Below are positions 1 through 64,000 of a stretch of DNA of 64,000 bases, piece by piece. Every line of letters starts with the position of its first letter. The first letter of the stretch is position 1. Source of the DNA: Eledone cirrhosa (taxonomy: Eukaryota); NCBI GenBank assembly GCA_964016885.1, contig OZ024741.1:93868001-93932000 (forward strand). Direction: 5' to 3'. A program made the position numbers and the translations under genes. Under the pieces are notes generated by a model. The model searched no databases. It was given only the letters and a program-made list of their open reading frames with translations, and was not told where the DNA came from.

Positions 1-613
1 ACCTTTACGAAGGTGGTCGATTTAGCAGAGTCGTTAGAGCGTTGAATATTTCCTCCGGGTCTCTGCGTTCTCACTTCAAACCCCACCGAGGCTCACCTTG
101 CTTTTCATCCTTTCATAGTCGATAAAGTAAATACCAACCCAGTGCTGGTGCAATCTCTCCTTCTAGCTGTCACATCCTAGATGTTTCACTGGATCAAAGG
201 AGGGAGGATTAAAAGGGTTTTTGTGTCTGCTCGCTACTGAATCAGCATCTAAAACCGTAATTTACCTTCAAAACGGAAACAATTACTCGATCCGCAGGTT
301 GTAACAGTGAAGTTGTGTTTGGTGGAATGTAATGGCTTCAACAGATACCCACGTTAAAAGTAAATCGAGTTTTGATGACTGACACGGAGCATTGACCAAA
401 AAAACAGAAGTGCTTTGGGCTCGAAATCATTTCCCCATGGACAGCTGGATAGAAATATTCAACGAATCATGAACCAATCGGTAAACGAACTCTGTGTAAC
501 TTTTCGTTACTTTTTCATATAACGGGCAGATTTGATGCTTCTGGTGTATCAATAACACAAACAAGCAATGGTATAAGTTTCAAATTTCCAGTGACATTTA
601 CTCTTAATAATAA

Positions 614-800
614 TTGTTTCTACTTTTGGCACAAGGCCAGCAATTACCCAGTTCATCACTGGTACTTTATTTTATCGACCCGGTAAGGATGAAAGGCAAA
701 GTTAACCTCGACGGGATTTGAACTCAGACCGTAAAGGGACGTAACTATGCTGGAAAGCATGGCGTCCAACCCTCTACTGATACTGCCAATTCACCGCCCT
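614..800 (-). mobile_element. SINE, abundant family (copy)
   Basis: TGTTTCTACTTTTGGCACAAGGCC..GGATGAAAGGCAAAG..GATTTGAACTC (B-box-like GAGTTCAAATC on minus). Other copies at ~1-170(+), 8304-8518(-), 22062-22250(+), 28455-28677(-), 48261-48443(-). Confidence 0.85.
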
Positions 801-1139
801 TTTTACTCTTAATAATAATGTGAGATAACCTTTTGCTGTTTTATACATAGATGCCTTTTCTTCCACCCTCATAGGGTAGCTATATTATGACAGTACTAGA
901 TATTTTACTTCTATTTTCTCACATAAAACATTTCGTTTATTCTCGTAAACAGTATTTTTTTATTCCTGTGAATCTTTAAGTAATACAATGCGACTTGAGT
1001 TTTGTTTGGCAACTTTTATTTTGCCAGATTGAATCATTACGCCTTTCAAAGTTAACACTGCAAGGCTTTATGATTCCGCAACATACAGGTATATAAAATC
1101 GGTCCCACTTTCCTATAGACCATGATCATTTCCTGTATA

Positions 1140-1790
1140 TCTTCTTCTTCTACACATCCGCTTCCGGTCCCATGTGAAGTTCTCTTGCTTTAAACACAGT
1201 GTCATCTTCGAGGACTTTCTTCAGTACGATGTTTGATCTCCCACCTCACCTGCATACATTTGGTTTCCAGTGAAGAACTCTGCCAGCAGATTCATTGCAG
1301 CGTGTCACATATCCAGCGAATGCAAGCTTCCAACACTTTATGATGTCAGAAAGGCAAGAATGTGAACCGTAGATTGATTATTTGTTACATGTGCTTTCCA
1401 AGAGATACCCTGGACCTTTCTAAGCATTTGCATGTATGTGCTATTGATATTCTTTGTGAGGTTTTTGTTAATATCCATGACTCACATCTGTAGAAGAGAA
1501 TAGATTCAACCGTTGCTTTAAATAGACTCATTTTCGTCGCTTTCTTGATTCGAAATACGTCTTGTCTATCACGATGCCCACATCATGTTCTGTGTTTGTG
1601 TAATTATCTAGGTTCAGGAAGATACACACCTCTTCAATCTCCAATCCATCCAACGCATGCATTTGGTCATTTGGTGTTGCATTGAGATGCATTCAAGAAG
1701 AGTCCAATGGAGAGCACTGTAGCCACAACTCTGTTACATGCTCTCGGCTTCTTTGATGGCATACATTCACTGTATTTTAAGTCTGTTTAA
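1140..1790 (-). mobile_element. Old RTE-like LINE 3' fragment
   Basis: Minus-strand remnants ..FKATVES.., FAGYVTR.., ending in (GAA)n. Confidence 0.5.
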
Positions 1791-3172
1791 TTCTTGATAC
1801 TATCCAGTCAAACATTCTTAGTTTTCGTCTTCCTCTCTTATTCATTTTGATTTCTATTTATGGTCTCTTTGAATATTTTTTTCTTATTAAATGTTCAAGC
1901 GATTTAAGTTGCGTTAACATGGGACATTAGTGTAGATCAATTAATAAGTTCCCATATTTGCTAATGTATCGCAACAAATGTGTCTAATAAAACAAATAAA
2001 GTCAAAGAAACTAGTATTTCTATAAGATGTATAAATATTTTATTCATTTATAAACATTTTAGATATCATTGAATCATTTTCCATTGCCAAACTTATCAGC
2101 ACCCGCTTATATATAATATAATCTTACCTGTAATATAATACATTCTCCCACAAAGTCATGTATATCATTATATATCAAATACCAATCAAATGATTTTTTT
2201 TTATCAATGATTTTCAAATATAAATGAAATTAAATTCCTTAAAGTTCCTTGTATTATTTTATCTATATTTCCCTAACTTTAATATCCCTAATATTAAAAT
2301 CTGGTGAAAAAAATTTAAAAACAAAAACAAAACCAACACTCAAACTGCAATAACCAAGATAATAGAGTAAAGGAACAGCATCTGAAAGGACAATGTAATT
2401 TAAGAAAGTGGGTATAATCAGGAGTCTTGATTATATGTTTTCTTAGTCAGTACTGACCTGGGGTTAAATGCCACAGTACATGGACTGAGTAAATCAGTGA
2501 CAAAGATATGTCAAGCCATTTGTACCTCAATACATATGCATCAACAATTACGTTTTCAGTTATTGTTTAGTTCCGGATTAACCTTGATTGAGTAAACCTA
2601 TGATCAAAAGCATTCACACGATGACCTCATCGTCATTTTAGACACAACTAGGAGAATATTATCCAATGTTTGCGTTCTTGTTGATTTGAGAAAGATTTGG
2701 CTGCTATTTCTAGCAGATCGAGAATCCGTGTACAGACTCCTTCATTGGCTTGATATGTTTTCCATAGTATTTTATATTAGAAAGTCTCTAGTAGTTGTAT
2801 TTAACCAGTAGTTAGTATTACTTGACATTTTCTGTGAATAGATATCTTGATAGGATTTAAGTACATTATATTTCACGATTCTAGTTGTATCGATTGAGGC
2901 CAATTGGAGACCATTGTTAAATGATTAGTAACTTAGAAAAATCATTTTTAGTTTAAGACAAGGATTAAATAACAATAAATATATCAAGATAAATTCACTT
3001 TTTAGTATTTTTAAACCTAAATTGTATTGTTTCAATTCTATTATTAATTGTTATTGTGTTAAGTATGATCATGTTAATTAGAATACAATAACAACGATAA
3101 GGATGCTAATAAACAATAATAATAACAATTACGATAATGTTAGTTATACGTAAAATGAAGGAAAGCATAATT

Positions 3173-61406
<58,234 letters not shown>

Positions 61407-62084
61407 CTGTAAACGGAAACAATTGTACGTATTATTGACTGAAAACAAAAACAAAAACAAAAACAAAAACAAAAACAAAAACAAAAACAAAAAAAAACAT
61501 TCGGTTTATTACTAAATATGTCTTTCATCTTTCATTTATCCATTTTTAGAATTATTTTCTCACATTTTTTAAAACTGTCATAATTGGTGATCAATGCCAT
61601 CTTCGAGTACAAGTTTCTAACGAGTCAATTAGATGTTCACTGTGACAGTGAGAGTGACAAGTGAGTATTGGTAACTTCGTCCGTATACAGCAGCTATCTT
61701 AAAGGATTTCATTCGAAGAGCTCAACATTTTAGGATTTATAGTCAATATAGTCAATGTTTAGATCCTTCGCCAATATACACAGAAGAAGCACACACACAC
61801 ACACACACAGACACAGACACACACATACTCCCACCCCCCACTCTCTCTCTCTCACACACACACATACATGTAATATAATCTAATAGATTAAAGATGCTGT
61901 CACGAACAGAATCAAAGTACTAAATACATATAATAAAATGAAATATATTTACTGAAATAGTTCTTAATGATAAAATATAACAAGGAGAGATTCCACATCC
62001 ATGAATCCTAGATAATCATCAGTGGATTAAAAACACGACCTCTTTTGAGGCGACAAATATGAATTGATTTTTTTTCTCTTTAGA

Positions 62085-62668
62085 GTTTCCAGCTGTGATC
62101 TCTCAATTCGGTGAAGTGGTGGGGAACGACTCTCTGATCTCCGAGCTACGCACTCTATCGAGTAACGTTTTTCCGAAGACCCTTCGGAAGGACACCATTT
62201 CTGCCGTTTCTTTCGCGATCGTATTCTTTCGGTCATCACTTAAGATACATGGCCATAAAAGCAAATTGACGATTTTGAGTTTGGTTGAATGACTGAATGC
62301 TGAAGCTGGCACATTACTGCACCAGCTCCTGCAATTCTTGCACTTAATTCAACATCCTGCCATCTATCACTCGTAAACACAGCCCCGATACTACATACAT
62401 GTAGTCAGAAGGTTAATGACAGAATCGATGGATAGATTTTACGGGCAAAACAGACCAGCAGAAGACCCAGGGTAAACTCCGAGAAAGATGGAATAACATC
62501 CATGAGTTAGGCTGGTCTTACTTGGGGAGCCAACCGGATCAATAGGAGACAGTTGCTTCTGACAGTAACCTTTGGAAGGCGTGCATGAGAACACCCACTA
62601 GTATGTGGGCAAAAAGAAGAAGAAGAAGAAGAAGAAGAAGAAGAAGAAGAAGAAGAAGAAGAAGAAGA
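62085..62668. mobile_element. RTE-like 3' fragment with inverted 5' part and (AAG)n tail
   Basis: 62085-62390 is antisense to 27490-27820; 62400-62620 is sense and continues to (AAG)n. Confidence 0.65.
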
Positions 62669-62704
62669 AATTTCTAGTGTTGGATTACAAGTTTAAAGCT
62701 AGTG

Positions 62705-63609
<905 letters not shown>

Positions 63610-64000
63610 ATGATATTAAATAAATGGAAACTATATTTATAAAACCATATTTATTCTATTATATATATTTCAAGGGTGCCAAAATTTTTGTACACTATCA
63701 TCAGATAAAATACGAAGTGTGTTTTATAAATTTTGACATAACCAAAGAGAATATAGCTTAACGGTTCAAGTTTTCCTTGGATAGTGAAGGGATAAGAGAA
63801 GTAAAGTCAGATATTTAAAATTATTAAGATGAGTATGCAAATGAGGTTTAGGTAAAAGGGCTGAAAAAAAAACGTTATTTTAGACGCTATGGAAAATTTA
63901 AATAATTATAAGTTATTGTATGCGTAGGAAAGAAGAGAAAGGAAGAAGAGCTAGCATTTACGTTAATTTTGGGGAAACAAATTGAATATGATTCCAGAGT

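Noticed and set aside
2039-2044. AATAAA on the minus strand as the gene's poly(A) signal
   Set aside because: Plausible (~1.1 kb UTR) but not distinguishable from chance in AT-rich DNA.

Overview
AT-rich, microsatellite- and transposon-dense animal genomic DNA. The SINE families and the (TA)n/(ATGT)n load resemble an octopod cephalopod; this is inference only. One host gene spans almost the whole window on the minus strand. I rebuilt 12 coding exons by hand (61406 down to the stop at 3173), all with GT-AG junctions and compatible phases, giving 2805 nt or about 934 aa; the start codon was not located. The protein is an N-terminal dynamin/mitofusin(BDLP)-type P-loop GTPase with intact G1-G4 motifs, then a helical stalk, then a C-terminal DSTYK-like kinase with intact catalytic motifs. 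The introns are packed with retroelements. These include two near-full-length Tx1/L1-clade LINEs plus five partial copies, most of which sit in specific microsatellites (TATC, AAT, TTC). There is also a gag-less Gypsy LTR element inside a 1.3 kb tandem duplication, RTE LINEs and RTE-derived non-autonomous elements in (ATGT)n, an R4/Dong-like remnant, Penelope remnants with hammerhead ribozyme motifs, DNA-transposon MITEs and SINEs. Most short ORFs in the supplied track are microsatellite or antisense-TE artefacts.
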